Shown here: positions 28,553 through 38,702 of the stretch, piece by piece
How positions within the stretch are numbered: position 1 is the first letter of the stretch
Layout: each line of letters starts with the position of its first letter
Source: Candidatus Woesearchaeota archaeon
GTDB taxonomy: Archaea > Nanobdellota > Nanobdellia > Pacearchaeales > GW2011-AR1
Direction: 5' to 3'
DNA: 64,000 bases
Assembly (NCBI GenBank): GCA_964573625.1
Contig: CAZNJU010000001.1
Location: 589,879-653,878, forward strand
The notes under the pieces: generated by a model
Told to the model about the DNA's origin: nothing
Seen by the model: only the letters and a program-made list of their open reading frames with translations
Databases searched by the model: none
Made by a program: the position numbers and the translations under genes

Positions 28553-31506
28553 TGGTCTACGAAATACCACAACAACTTGAGTATAAGGAAAAGATCATGT
28601 TTGGTCTTACGTTCAAGCAACTTGCATACGCGTTGCTCTTTGCACCATTTATTGCGTTCTTGTTCTTCAAAACAAGTCTTCCGTTCTATCTTAAGATGTT
28701 CTTCTCTATCAATCTGTCAGGATTGGCGGTCGGATTTATCTTTCTCGATCTAGACAAACATCTGAAGAATTGGACTATCTGGTTGAGAAGTAGAAAAATC
28801 GTAAAACCAGAGAAGCGAGCACAGCTCATTCCTATTAAAGAGATCAAAAACAACATAATTATTAATAAAAAAGGAAAGAAGATTGCGGTTCTCAAGATCA
28901 CTCCGATTAATTTCTCCATAAAGCCCGAAAATGTAAAAGAAACAATCTCGGCCATGTTTCAAAAGTTTCTCAATAGCCTTGACTTTCCCGTTCAAATCGT
29001 CATGAATACAGAAACACTGGATTTACGCGACTATCTTACCGAAGTTGATAAGAAAATACAGCAAAATAAGTTGTTTGCAGAGCTTTTTACGAAATATAAA
29101 GAACATTTAGAAGCAATTACACAACAGAATAAAGTCATGAACAGAAACTTCTACTTGGTCATTCCTGAAAAGAACGATATAGAAATTCAGCTACAATTAT
29201 GCAAGAATAAACTGGAAAGTATTGGCCTCAGAACGTCTCGTGTCCTTAATGCTGAACTGAGCAAACTAACGAATCACTTTTTTGAATGTGTAGAAGAAGA
29301 CGGATCACTTATTCCCCCTACTATAGAAAATACGCCTTCCTATGTGAAAGTAGGTACTACGTTTCATAGAACCATTGCAGCCTATGGCTATCCGAGAACC
29401 GTAGAAGCAGGTTTTCTAGATAAAATCGTAAGCAGTTCAGGTAATTTTGATCTTTCGATTCATATTGAACCGTATGATATTGAAACCATGATGGTAGATA
29501 TCAATAAAGAGCTTCAAAAGCAGCGAGCTGACCTCTTTAGTGCTAAATCCAAAGGTATTTTGAATCCGAGTTTAGAGATCAAATACAAAGACACGAAAGG
29601 AGTGCTTACCAACCTTCAGAAAGGTGTAGAGAAGCTTTTCAATGTAGGTCTCTATATTAATTGCAGAGCTGCAAGCAAAGCAGAACTTGACCTGCTTACT
29701 CGAAAAGTAGAGTCAGAACTTAATGCGTTGCTCATTATTCCTAAACAACCTTCTTTTAGGATGCTTCAAGCCTTGCAATCGTGTGCTCCTTTGGCGATGA
29801 ATCATCTGAAAATCCGTAGAAACGTGCCTACCGGTGCGTTATCGGCTTTCTTTCCCTTTACTTCTTCATTCCTACAAGCTGATGCAAATGGTATTTGGTT
29901 CGGACTCAATAAAAATAACATTCCTATTATCAAAGACATCTTTAGTTTGAGCAATCCTAATGGTTTTTGCCTTGCAAGTTCTGGTTCAGGGAAAAGCTAT
30001 ATGGCCAAACTCTTCATTGCGCGGCATTTGATGAATGGTACGAAGGTCATGGTTATTGATCCACAAGGAGAGTATCGCGGTCTGGTAGAACGGTTTAAAG
30101 GGCAACGTATTGATTTAAGCAGGTCTTCTAACACGATTATTAATCCGTTAGACCTTATGGGACATGAGTACGCGGAGAAACGTCTTGCGCTGATGGATCT
30201 GATGCCTTTAATGCTGGGTGAACTGACCGAACCCCAGAAATCGTTTATTGATGTTGCTCTTACAACCGCCTATGAAAATTGCGGCATTACAAATAATCCT
30301 GAAACATGGAATAACAAACCCCCTATTCTAGAAGATATCCTACGCGTATTGACTAGTATGGAACGAAAGGCCAGTAGCTTAGAAAAGATGACGATTCGAA
30401 GCATTTCCAATCGATTACGCATGTACGTTGATGGTGTATTCTCATTTCTCAATAAGCAAACGACAATCAATTTCAATAATCGGTTTGTTTGTTTTGATAT
30501 AGGAAGCTTACCTAAGCAAGTAAAGCCAGTCATGATGTTTCTGGTGCTTGACTATGTATACATGAAGATGAAGAGCGATCTTGAAAGAAAGCTCTTAGTA
30601 ATAGATGAAGCATGGTCTATTCTGAGCCGTGCAGAAGAAGCTTCGTACATCTTTGAAATCGTCAAAACGTGCAGGAAGTTCAATTTAGCGCTGTTCCTTA
30701 TTAATCAAGAAGTAGAAGGGCTCTTAACATCTGAAGCAGGAAAGTCAGTTCTTGCTAATAGTTCGTATACTCTATTGATGCGTCAAAAACCAGCCGTTAT
30801 CAAAAGCATCCAAAATACGTTCTCACTTAGCGAGACAGAGCGCATGTTTCTTCTTACCGCAGCCGTAGGAGAAGGCCTCCTTATCTTAGATGATGAACAC
30901 TCAGAGATTCGTATTGTTGCGTCTGAAGAAGAACATGCAGTTATAACCACTAATGCGGATGAGCGATTGAGTCAGCAAAAGACTAATCCTCAAGATCATG
31001 TTCAAAAACAAAAGTCAGTCAGTATAACCGTAGATTCAGATAAGCGATTCTATTTATCGCGTAATGTATCCAAAGATAATCGAGACTATCTTCTCTCAAA
31101 GGGCTACGTTTTAGCTGCTCATAAGAATATTCATGGAAAAAAAGAAAGCTATCTCTTAAAGAAACGAGCAAATGAGAATATGGAACATTTCTTTCTTACG
31201 TTTGACATTGCCGAGTATCTGAAGACTTTAACAGACCAAGTTTATTTGTATGAAACGACTAAACCAGATATCGTTTTCGAACTTAAGGGAAAAAGGTATG
31301 CGATTGAAGTTGAAACCGGTAAAACACTTCAGACTTTTAGAAAACAGTTAGATGAGAAAATAGCTGTACTCAATGAAGAATACGAAAAGAGATGGTGTTT
31401 TGTAGTTACGAACGAGAACTTTGCTCCAACTTACAATACATTAGGAAAAACATTCACAAGAACGACGTTTCTTAAACAATTTTCAAAATGGATTAAAAAG
31501 GTCTAA
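28552..31506 (+). CDS. PrgI/VirB3-like + VirB4-type ATPase + C-terminal PD-(D/E)xK-like domain fusion
   Basis: EKIMFGLTFKQL N-terminus; ASSGSGKS Walker A; VIDPQGEY; VIDEAW Walker B; KPDIV..YAIEVETG C-terminus. Confidence 0.85.
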   Translation: MVYEIPQQLEYKEKIMFGLTFKQLAYALLFAPFIAFLFFKTSLPFYLKMFFSINLSGLAVGFIFLDLDKHLKNWTIWLRSRKIVKPEKRAQLIPIKEIKNNIIINKKGKKIAVLKITPINFSIKPENVKETISAMFQKFLNSLDFPVQIVMNTETLDLRDYLTEVDKKIQQNKLFAELFTKYKEHLEAITQQNKVMNRNFYLVIPEKNDIEIQLQLCKNKLESIGLRTSRVLNAELSKLTNHFFECVEEDGSLIPPTIENTPSYVKVGTTFHRTIAAYGYPRTVEAGFLDKIVSSSGNFDLSIHIEPYDIETMMVDINKELQKQRADLFSAKSKGILNPSLEIKYKDTKGVLTNLQKGVEKLFNVGLYINCRAASKAELDLLTRKVESELNALLIIPKQPSFRMLQALQSCAPLAMNHLKIRRNVPTGALSAFFPFTSSFLQADANGIWFGLNKNNIPIIKDIFSLSNPNGFCLASSGSGKSYMAKLFIARHLMNGTKVMVIDPQGEYRGLVERFKGQRIDLSRSSNTIINPLDLMGHEYAEKRLALMDLMPLMLGELTEPQKSFIDVALTTAYENCGITNNPETWNNKPPILEDILRVLTSMERKASSLEKMTIRSISNRLRMYVDGVFSFLNKQTTINFNNRFVCFDIGSLPKQVKPVMMFLVLDYVYMKMKSDLERKLLVIDEAWSILSRAEEASYIFEIVKTCRKFNLALFLINQEVEGLLTSEAGKSVLANSSYTLLMRQKPAVIKSIQNTFSLSETERMFLLTAAVGEGLLILDDEHSEIRIVASEEEHAVITTNADERLSQQKTNPQDHVQKQKSVSITVDSDKRFYLSRNVSKDNRDYLLSKGYVLAAHKNIHGKKESYLLKKRANENMEHFFLTFDIAEYLKTLTDQVYLYETTKPDIVFELKGKRYAIEVETGKTLQTFRKQLDEKIAVLNEEYEKRWCFVVTNENFAPTYNTLGKTFTRTTFLKQFSKWIKKV

Positions 31507-31598
31507 ATTTCCGATACTTGATTGATTTTTATAAGCCGTAAAAAGCTCAAATTTGCCGTTTATAGGCTTTTTCCCGAGTACATGAAACAGATTATTCT

Positions 31599-32135
31599 TT
31601 ATCTAAAATAAAAAGTCCCTCTACAATTTTCCGGCATAGTGCTTGGATTTGATTTACGAATTATCTTCGAATCGACAGCCTCACCACCAATCCAAACGGG
31701 CCCGAAATCTATAGGGACCCCATTTAATTTAGTATCAATTTCTAGAGCTACAGCAAGTTTTGAAGGACCGTCAGCGTATTCTCTCAACCCTGCCTTATCC
31801 CCTACGGGAGCTCCTAAAAAAGTAACGCACGAATAGAGACCTATATCATTAGTTGCTATTCCGAACATTCTTTTACCGAAACTCGTAAAAACCATAAGCG
31901 CTCCTGGAGCACCAAGAGAATCTTTTACCATGCCTTTTTTACCTTCCCAAGCAGCCACATTTTGAATTCTACCATATAACGTGGCTCTCGATGGTCTCTC
32001 TCGCACAATAATTCTTCCTAAAAGATCCTTGGCAACATCTTCAGCAGGTCTAGCGAAAAAACTTCTATCAAGTTTGCTCTTTTCTGAAGAAATGTAAAGA
32101 TCCCCTGATTTGATATAACTCATCAATGGTAACAT
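31599..32135 (-). CDS. 3-methyladenine DNA glycosylase (MPG/AAG) homolog with a degenerate active site
   Basis: FFARPAEDVAKDLLGR and DGPSKLAVALEI are present; GRIVETEAY is replaced by GRIQNVAAW. Confidence 0.75.
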   Translation of the reverse strand: MLPLMSYIKSGDLYISSEKSKLDRSFFARPAEDVAKDLLGRIIVRERPSRATLYGRIQNVAAWEGKKGMVKDSLGAPGALMVFTSFGKRMFGIATNDIGLYSCVTFLGAPVGDKAGLREYADGPSKLAVALEIDTKLNGVPIDFGPVWIGGEAVDSKIIRKSNPSTMPENCRGTFYFR

Positions 32136-32173
32136 AACATAACCTTTATAAACTTATTGGGAGCCCTATTTCC

Positions 32174-35100
32174 ATGCAAAAAAGACCCAATTTTAATGAA
32201 CTATGTGAGGAAAAGGCAAGGGCCGGGGATAAACATGCCTCGTATATACTGAGAAGAGCGAGTGATACTGGAGGTGTTCCGTTACAGATCGAAATAGATT
32301 ATGAACGAAAAAGGCTTGAATCATACGAGCGTGCAGGTATAGAAACGTATAAAGTAGTGACAAAAACAGGCGAACAGACAAGAACACTCGGAGACTTACG
32401 AGCCCAAATAGGAAGAGCAGAAGAACTAGGGATACTTGATGGTAGCCTTTCTATGAGCTATGAAGGAGCAAAAAGAGTATATGAAAAAGTACGCGATATT
32501 ATATCAAAAAAAAATTCTAGTGATAGAAAAGGTTCTTCAGGCAAATTCCTTGAAATATTAGATGCTTTTGATCCCGCCCGAGATAGCGATCTTATTGCTA
32601 CAGGGGCTTTTGTCCTTGATCCACAAGTACGAAAATATGTTGATGGGAGATTAGAAGGATTGTATAAGGCAGTGTTAAGCGTGGGTTCGCATAAACGTTC
32701 AGGTTATACTCTACCTGTTCATGAGTCAAGACCCTCCTTTGCCGGCGGAGACGTAGTCTCTCCACGATTAAAGGCATTGTTAGAGTCCATTCCGGAAGCT
32801 AAAACAACTGAAGAAGAGGAGAATCAAAAAGCACTTAAACTACTTATACACAAAAGAGCAGAAAGAGATGTCTTCCCTCTCTTTAAGCATGATGTTGGCA
32901 GTGCATTTTCACAATTAGAGAAGCTACTAGGTAAAGAGAAAAATCTGCATCTTCGTCAAGAATATGAATCATTAAGAGATGTCTATCAAAAATATCTGGA
33001 ATTTGAAGTACCTGGTGTAAACCCTAATTTTGTCGATCCAACTACGGGGCAGAAAGATGTTTTGCCTTCGTTACATCAAAGGATTGGTATTTATGGGATT
33101 GTTAAAAGTTTAGATGATAACGGACGATTTGGAATTTGGGACGGCGGTGGGACAGGTAAAACAGCACAAGTTATTTTGGCACAGCCGCTTATAGAGCGCA
33201 AGTTAGCGGAGCGAGGACATATTTTTAACAGAGCAGTGATTGTGGGGCCCAATCCTTCAAAAAGAGCATGGAAGAAAGGATTGATAGGAAGCGATACTGA
33301 GAGATATTTAGCTGAGCCGCAAAATGTGTTTGTTATTAACGGTGAACAAAAGACTGACGAATTACTTGACAGGATGGGCAAGGCTAAGTGGATCGTAACT
33401 AATTATGAGCAACTTATAACGCGCGTTAATGGAGACGACAGACTTCTTGTAGATGTATTGACTGATATGGGTGTGGACTTAGTAGCATTTGATGAGGCGC
33501 AGCACATTAAAGGACAGAGAAATATGACTCGTGGCGGAAGCACAAGAGAGCCAACGTTAACTCAAAGCGCCGCTGCAAGACAATTAGCTCTTCAAGCAAA
33601 ATGTTTTGTTCCATTATCGGCAACTCCTATTTCAAATGGTCTTGATGATTTTGCAGTCCTCTATCATCTTATTAACCCTGAAGAACTTAAAGACCCAAAG
33701 AAATTTCAGGATAAAATTAAAGATTCTCCAAGAAAACTTTACACGTTCTTTCATGAAAAGTCAGTGCGTAGAACGGCAGAAGACATTAATGAGGAATTAG
33801 ATTGGTCAGAAGATATTTGTGAGGTCGAGTTAGACGAAGTTCAAAGGCAAATTTACGATCATATTGTTACACATCGTCCTGGAAATTGGATGACTCAAGC
33901 TCGAAAAGCGCTTACTGATCCGCGACTTGTCGATCCTGAAATTTTAAAGAATGTAGGAGTTTTAGGACAAATTACCCACAGAAATTCGGCTAAGTATAAG
34001 GCATTGGAGGAATTGTTAAAATCTGATGATGGGCCCATAGCGCGCGGAGAGAAATTCGTGGTGTTTTCTATGTTAATGGAAGGGGTAACTCAGAAAGGAA
34101 ATGAAAATCTTCAGAGGAGATATGCTGAAATGGGAATAGCACAAGAATATGATAAATTACAGCTTGACCTATCAATAGATTCATTATTAAGTCAAGCACT
34201 GAAAGACGAATATCAGCGAGACTTTAAAATAGGAGTAATTGATGGTACGGTAGACGCTTCTAAGGAAAGAGATAAGGTGGTCGAAGGCCTTGCTGGTGAA
34301 TTATCAGGTATTGTATGCACAACAAAAACCGGCGGAGAAAGTTTAGACTTTACAGCAGCTAATTGGATGTATTTCTTAGATAAAGACTTTAAACCAGACA
34401 CAGAAGAGCAAGCTATTTGGAGAGAATTAAGACGGGGACAAAAAAGAAAAGTTAATATTTGGCATCTAGAAGCCCTAGATACACTTGAAGAAAAGCTTGA
34501 TGTATATGTAGAAAAGAAAAGACTTACAGCAAAAATAGCAATGGATGGTCATCCTCCTACGAAAGAAGAATGGGAGCTGCTTGATGACACAGAAGGTAAG
34601 CGCCTAGGAGACCTAATAAAAAGAGGGCTAGGTGGAAAGTCTATTAACGTATATGATGCGCCCATCACAGAGATCTCTGACTTTGAAGCAAAGAAAAGAA
34701 CTGGTAGAGGGGGCAAGCATTATGGAACAGGTGTTTTCGATTATACTACTACTGAAGCTCAAGAAATTATGCGTCTTATTGGTCAAAAGCCACAAGAATG
34801 CTGGTTCGATCCTAACTTTGTAGAGCTTTACATGAAAGCACTTCCTAACTTATCTACACATGTTACTAATCTTGCCCGTGTTGCAGATTTAGTAGCTCGA
34901 GCAAAACGAGGAGAGATAGAGTTCCCAGGAAACGTTCTTGCTGAAGCTTCCGGGCCATCGATGCTCTATCGTGCTTACCAAGAATTAAGACCTCTTATAG
35001 AAAAACGAAGACTTGCAGTGCCTAAAGTCACCGATAGAGATTTATCTCCGATTATGTTGGCTGAAGGAACCAATCCGAACAAGATTCTCGGCGATATGAC

Positions 35101-35725
35101 TGGAAAAGATAGCACGTTACAGGCAGAAAGTTTTGATATGGTAGACAACGGATCTCTTGCTCTATTAAGAAATCCTGCAGAGGTTTATCAATCATTACTC
35201 GAATCTCATCGTATCTTGAAGCCAGAAGGGTTACTTGAACTTACTCTTAAGAATAAACGATTTTTGGACAGCGGTGAAGATGACAAAATTATTGGATTTC
35301 ATGCAGGATTAGAACGACTCGGATTTAAGGTTCTAACAGGAAAGAATGAAGGATTTGCCATAAGCAAAAATCTTACGAGAAGACTCAAAGATATGCATGG
35401 TGAACATTTTGCAGAAGCGTATGCTGCTAAATTGGCTAATACTTATCTGCTCGTAGCACAAAAAATGGACAATCCTGTTCACGTCCACTCTGATAATTTC
35501 TGGTTTGAAACCATATATCCCGAAGCAGAAGAAGATAAGGCTCATGAGCAAACCCTTCAAGGACCTTCCTCGCTATCATCTTTAAAGGTGAGGAGCAAAG
35601 GAGCGAAAATAAAGAGAGAACCAAGAGCAAAAGTTACCGAAACGAACGATTTCATTCATTTAGCGGATAGCAGCGGAAATGTTCATTCTGTGAGAAAAAA
35701 ACAAGGAGAAGATAAAAATGAGTAA
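32174..35725 (+). CDS. SNF2-family helicase/translocase fused to a class I SAM methyltransferase-like domain
   Basis: GGTGKT, DEAQ, SATP, GGESLDF, EEQAIWRE..RGQ. C-terminal VLAEASGP, DRDLS..ML, ESFDMV, HRILKPEG. Confidence 0.85.
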   Translation: MQKRPNFNELCEEKARAGDKHASYILRRASDTGGVPLQIEIDYERKRLESYERAGIETYKVVTKTGEQTRTLGDLRAQIGRAEELGILDGSLSMSYEGAKRVYEKVRDIISKKNSSDRKGSSGKFLEILDAFDPARDSDLIATGAFVLDPQVRKYVDGRLEGLYKAVLSVGSHKRSGYTLPVHESRPSFAGGDVVSPRLKALLESIPEAKTTEEEENQKALKLLIHKRAERDVFPLFKHDVGSAFSQLEKLLGKEKNLHLRQEYESLRDVYQKYLEFEVPGVNPNFVDPTTGQKDVLPSLHQRIGIYGIVKSLDDNGRFGIWDGGGTGKTAQVILAQPLIERKLAERGHIFNRAVIVGPNPSKRAWKKGLIGSDTERYLAEPQNVFVINGEQKTDELLDRMGKAKWIVTNYEQLITRVNGDDRLLVDVLTDMGVDLVAFDEAQHIKGQRNMTRGGSTREPTLTQSAAARQLALQAKCFVPLSATPISNGLDDFAVLYHLINPEELKDPKKFQDKIKDSPRKLYTFFHEKSVRRTAEDINEELDWSEDICEVELDEVQRQIYDHIVTHRPGNWMTQARKALTDPRLVDPEILKNVGVLGQITHRNSAKYKALEELLKSDDGPIARGEKFVVFSMLMEGVTQKGNENLQRRYAEMGIAQEYDKLQLDLSIDSLLSQALKDEYQRDFKIGVIDGTVDASKERDKVVEGLAGELSGIVCTTKTGGESLDFTAANWMYFLDKDFKPDTEEQAIWRELRRGQKRKVNIWHLEALDTLEEKLDVYVEKKRLTAKIAMDGHPPTKEEWELLDDTEGKRLGDLIKRGLGGKSINVYDAPITEISDFEAKKRTGRGGKHYGTGVFDYTTTEAQEIMRLIGQKPQECWFDPNFVELYMKALPNLSTHVTNLARVADLVARAKRGEIEFPGNVLAEASGPSMLYRAYQELRPLIEKRRLAVPKVTDRDLSPIMLAEGTNPNKILGDMTGKDSTLQAESFDMVDNGSLALLRNPAEVYQSLLESHRILKPEGLLELTLKNKRFLDSGEDDKIIGFHAGLERLGFKVLTGKNEGFAISKNLTRRLKDMHGEHFAEAYAAKLANTYLLVAQKMDNPVHVHSDNFWFETIYPEAEEDKAHEQTLQGPSSLSSLKVRSKGAKIKREPRAKVTETNDFIHLADSSGNVHSVRKKQGEDKNE

Positions 35726-37067
35726 GAAAAGACCAAACGGCTATTGGCAAAATAGAAGCTATCTTGAAAGAGAATTTAGAAGAATAGCAGGAGAAATGGG
35801 ACGATTTCCTACTACTACCGAATTAGACGATATGGGATATTCTAATATAGTTAGGGCAGCAGTAGTTTATCATGGAGGTGTAAACGCCGTAAGAGAATCA
35901 TTGGGATACGATAAGCCTGTAGATAAAAGAACTAGAGAATCCCTTTGGCCTGATTTTAAGAAGTGGGAACAATACGGTGTTAATAATGGCTTTGATAAGA
36001 AGAGTCCTACCGAAATAAATGATAGCAAAAAGAAGAAAGATAGAGTATGGTTCAAAAAAGGCCAGAGAGCAGGATGGATAAGTGATTTTGATTTCAAGAG
36101 AAAGAGAATTGAAGGCCAATGGAAAGATGCTCAGACGTGGATAAGCGACGGAAATGCTAGAGGATATGACAGTAAAGGCCCAAAGGAATTGGCGGATTCT
36201 AAAGATAAATACGAAAGAAGTTGGTACAATAAAGGGCAAAGAAAAGATTGGGTCAAGGATTTCAATTTTAATAGGCAGTGTGTTCCTGTTACTTGGCAAA
36301 CTCAGGAGTCTTGGAAACAATATGGCGTGGATAGAGGATACGAAGATAGAGTATGTCATACATTAAGAAAAAGTAAAGACTTTCAAGAAAGATCGTGGTT
36401 AACAAAGGGGGAACGGGAAAAATGGATAGATCATTTTCAATTTGCTGAGCGTGAGCCTTCCAATAGATTATGGACTGAAGATAAGGTTGCAGAAGAATGT
36501 AGGAGAGTGGTTGAGAAAAAAGGATATTTGCCTTCAAATGGAGAACTTATTAAATTAGGTTTAGCGCCACTAGCTTCAGCTATCCCCAAACACGGAGGCT
36601 ATCCATATTTCAGAAAAAAGCTGGGTCTTAAGCAAGTTAGCAAGTTATCGGGCTATTGGCAAGACTGGAAAAACGTACAAATTGAATTAAAGGAAGTAAT
36701 AGGGAAATTAGGTCATTTTCCTACAGCAGTGGAACTCAGTCAACTAAAAAAACATAGTCTAGCTATAGCATTACATAAATATCATAAGGGCATATTTGCA
36801 GTACGCGCAAGGATGGGATATAAAGAATCTCAAAGAGCGCATGGAACGCTTTCTACAATGCAAGATGGGGAGTTGATTGAATACGTTAGACAGCATTATG
36901 GAGGAAAAACATTAAAAGAAATGCGTAGCCTAGACGGGTCTTTGCTCGGAGTTCTCTATAAAAGAAATTTAGTGAGAGAAATAGTAGAACTTGGTCTCGT
37001 CACAGCGCGAGGTATAGCAAGTGGCGGAAATTCTTTACTTGAGCAGTATGTAGGAGAGACTATCTAA
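35718..37067 (+). CDS. Modular HTH-like repeat protein 1 (A-B-B-B-A-A-C), tail SLLEQYVGETI
   Basis: Internal ~60-aa repeats read from the translation. Confidence 0.8.
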   Translation: MSKKRPNGYWQNRSYLEREFRRIAGEMGRFPTTTELDDMGYSNIVRAAVVYHGGVNAVRESLGYDKPVDKRTRESLWPDFKKWEQYGVNNGFDKKSPTEINDSKKKKDRVWFKKGQRAGWISDFDFKRKRIEGQWKDAQTWISDGNARGYDSKGPKELADSKDKYERSWYNKGQRKDWVKDFNFNRQCVPVTWQTQESWKQYGVDRGYEDRVCHTLRKSKDFQERSWLTKGEREKWIDHFQFAEREPSNRLWTEDKVAEECRRVVEKKGYLPSNGELIKLGLAPLASAIPKHGGYPYFRKKLGLKQVSKLSGYWQDWKNVQIELKEVIGKLGHFPTAVELSQLKKHSLAIALHKYHKGIFAVRARMGYKESQRAHGTLSTMQDGELIEYVRQHYGGKTLKEMRSLDGSLLGVLYKRNLVREIVELGLVTARGIASGGNSLLEQYVGETI

Positions 37068-37768
37068 TGACCGAGCCAAAACCAGCAAAAGAAAGAAAAG
37101 TTAGAACCGGAGCAACTAAGAAAGAAGATCACTTTTGGACAAAATATGAAAATGTAACCTCAGAATTAGAAAGAGTAATGACTGCTTATAGTTTTAAAAC
37201 AATTCCTTCTAAAAAACAACTTGATGAGGCGGGAGAAAGCTCCCTGGGCAGAGCTATCGGAATGCATGGAGGATTTAGAAAAATAAGGAAGTCCTTTGGA
37301 GAGAAAAAGATAATTACGAAAGTCGGTTCGTGGAAGAGTCAAGAGTATGCTATTGCAAGGGCTCGCGAGATAATGAAAGAGCATGGGTTTGAAAAACTTC
37401 CTGGTAACAAGGAGCTCATTAAATTAGGTTATATGAATCTTGTTCGTGCTATTTATACGCATCATGGAGGGTATCAAAATTTTAGAAAACTGCTCGGAGA
37501 AGAAAGCCCCTATCATAAGAGAGGAAGATGGCAAAGTCTTGACAATTGTGTATATGAAGTAATGAAAATTATGAAGGAACAAGGATTGGAAGAAGTCCCT
37601 TCTAGACGTTATATAGCTACATTCGGGAAATACGGTGGAATGATGTCAGCAATAGATCAGAAACATGGCGGTTTCAGTCGATTTAAAGAAGAAGTACAAG
37701 CAAGACAAGGAAATAATAGAAGTTCTCTTTTAGAATCATATGTGGGAGAAGAAGCTCATGAAGAGTAA
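37067..37768 (+). CDS. Modular repeat protein 2 (A-A-A), tail SLLESYVGEEAHEE
   Basis: Three W...E....P....L...G...L..AI...HGG...FRK..G repeats. Confidence 0.8.
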   Translation: MTEPKPAKERKVRTGATKKEDHFWTKYENVTSELERVMTAYSFKTIPSKKQLDEAGESSLGRAIGMHGGFRKIRKSFGEKKIITKVGSWKSQEYAIARAREIMKEHGFEKLPGNKELIKLGYMNLVRAIYTHHGGYQNFRKLLGEESPYHKRGRWQSLDNCVYEVMKIMKEQGLEEVPSRRYIATFGKYGGMMSAIDQKHGGFSRFKEEVQARQGNNRSSLLESYVGEEAHEE

Positions 37769-38702
37769 GAAAATGATAGAAGTTGAAAGAATAATTGGAG
37801 AACCCGTTGCAGACTACTTTAGAAGAGAGTATGAAGAGAATGATAGAAGCTCGACTTGGATAGCCGACCAAACAGGGATTGGCCCAGCTACTTCGCTTAA
37901 ATGGTTAAAAAGATTTGGAATACCGATAAGAGAAAAGTATCAAAAAAATAAAATACAGCCGCCAAGGAAAAAACCATCTAGAGCGAAGTTACAAAAATTA
38001 TACGTTCAAGAAGGGTTTAGCTTAAAAGATCTAATTAAAAAGTACAAGGTCTCAGACAAAACTATAAAAAAATGGCTAGGGGATTATGAAATTACACTAA
38101 GAGATCGAAGTCAAGCAGCATTGCCTCTTGGATTTCAGCGCCCTTCTAAAGAAGAATTAAACCACTTATATAACGTTCAACGGCTTGACTTGATTGATAT
38201 TTCAGACAAATATGGAGTAGGTCAGGGCACCATTAGTAGATGGATGGAAGAGAACGGCATAAAAAGAAGAAGTATTTCGGAAGCAAAATTGCCTGCCGGC
38301 TTAAAAGTTCCATCAGAGAAAGAGATGAGAGAAAAGTATGAAGTTAAAAGATTAAGTATGTTGGCCATTGCGCAAGAATATAATGTAAATCACAGTACGG
38401 TAGGTAGCTGGCTTGCGCTCCATGGGATAAAAAAGAGAAATAACGAAGTTTCTCCAGGCGAGTGGAAGAGTCTCGATTTTGGATTAGAGCAAGGAAAACT
38501 ATTTTTAGAAGGAAACCCAGAGCATAAAGAATTGCCTAGTTCAAACGTTCTCCGACAAAGAGGGTACGGAGGTTTAGCGAAAGCTATCAATAAATATTAC
38601 GGCGGATTTCCTATTTTTAGAGAAATGTTAAAAGATCATCTGGGTAAAACAAAAGGAGTACAAAATAAATCCCTTTTAGAATCATATGTGGAGAGACAAT
38701 GA
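37758..38702 (+). CDS. Modular repeat protein 3 (D-D-D-D-A), tail SLLESYVERQ
   Basis: Four HTH repeats ending W...GI..R, plus one A repeat. Start refined. Confidence 0.8.
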   Translation: MKSKKMIEVERIIGEPVADYFRREYEENDRSSTWIADQTGIGPATSLKWLKRFGIPIREKYQKNKIQPPRKKPSRAKLQKLYVQEGFSLKDLIKKYKVSDKTIKKWLGDYEITLRDRSQAALPLGFQRPSKEELNHLYNVQRLDLIDISDKYGVGQGTISRWMEENGIKRRSISEAKLPAGLKVPSEKEMREKYEVKRLSMLAIAQEYNVNHSTVGSWLALHGIKKRNNEVSPGEWKSLDFGLEQGKLFLEGNPEHKELPSSNVLRQRGYGGLAKAINKYYGGFPIFREMLKDHLGKTKGVQNKSLLESYVERQ

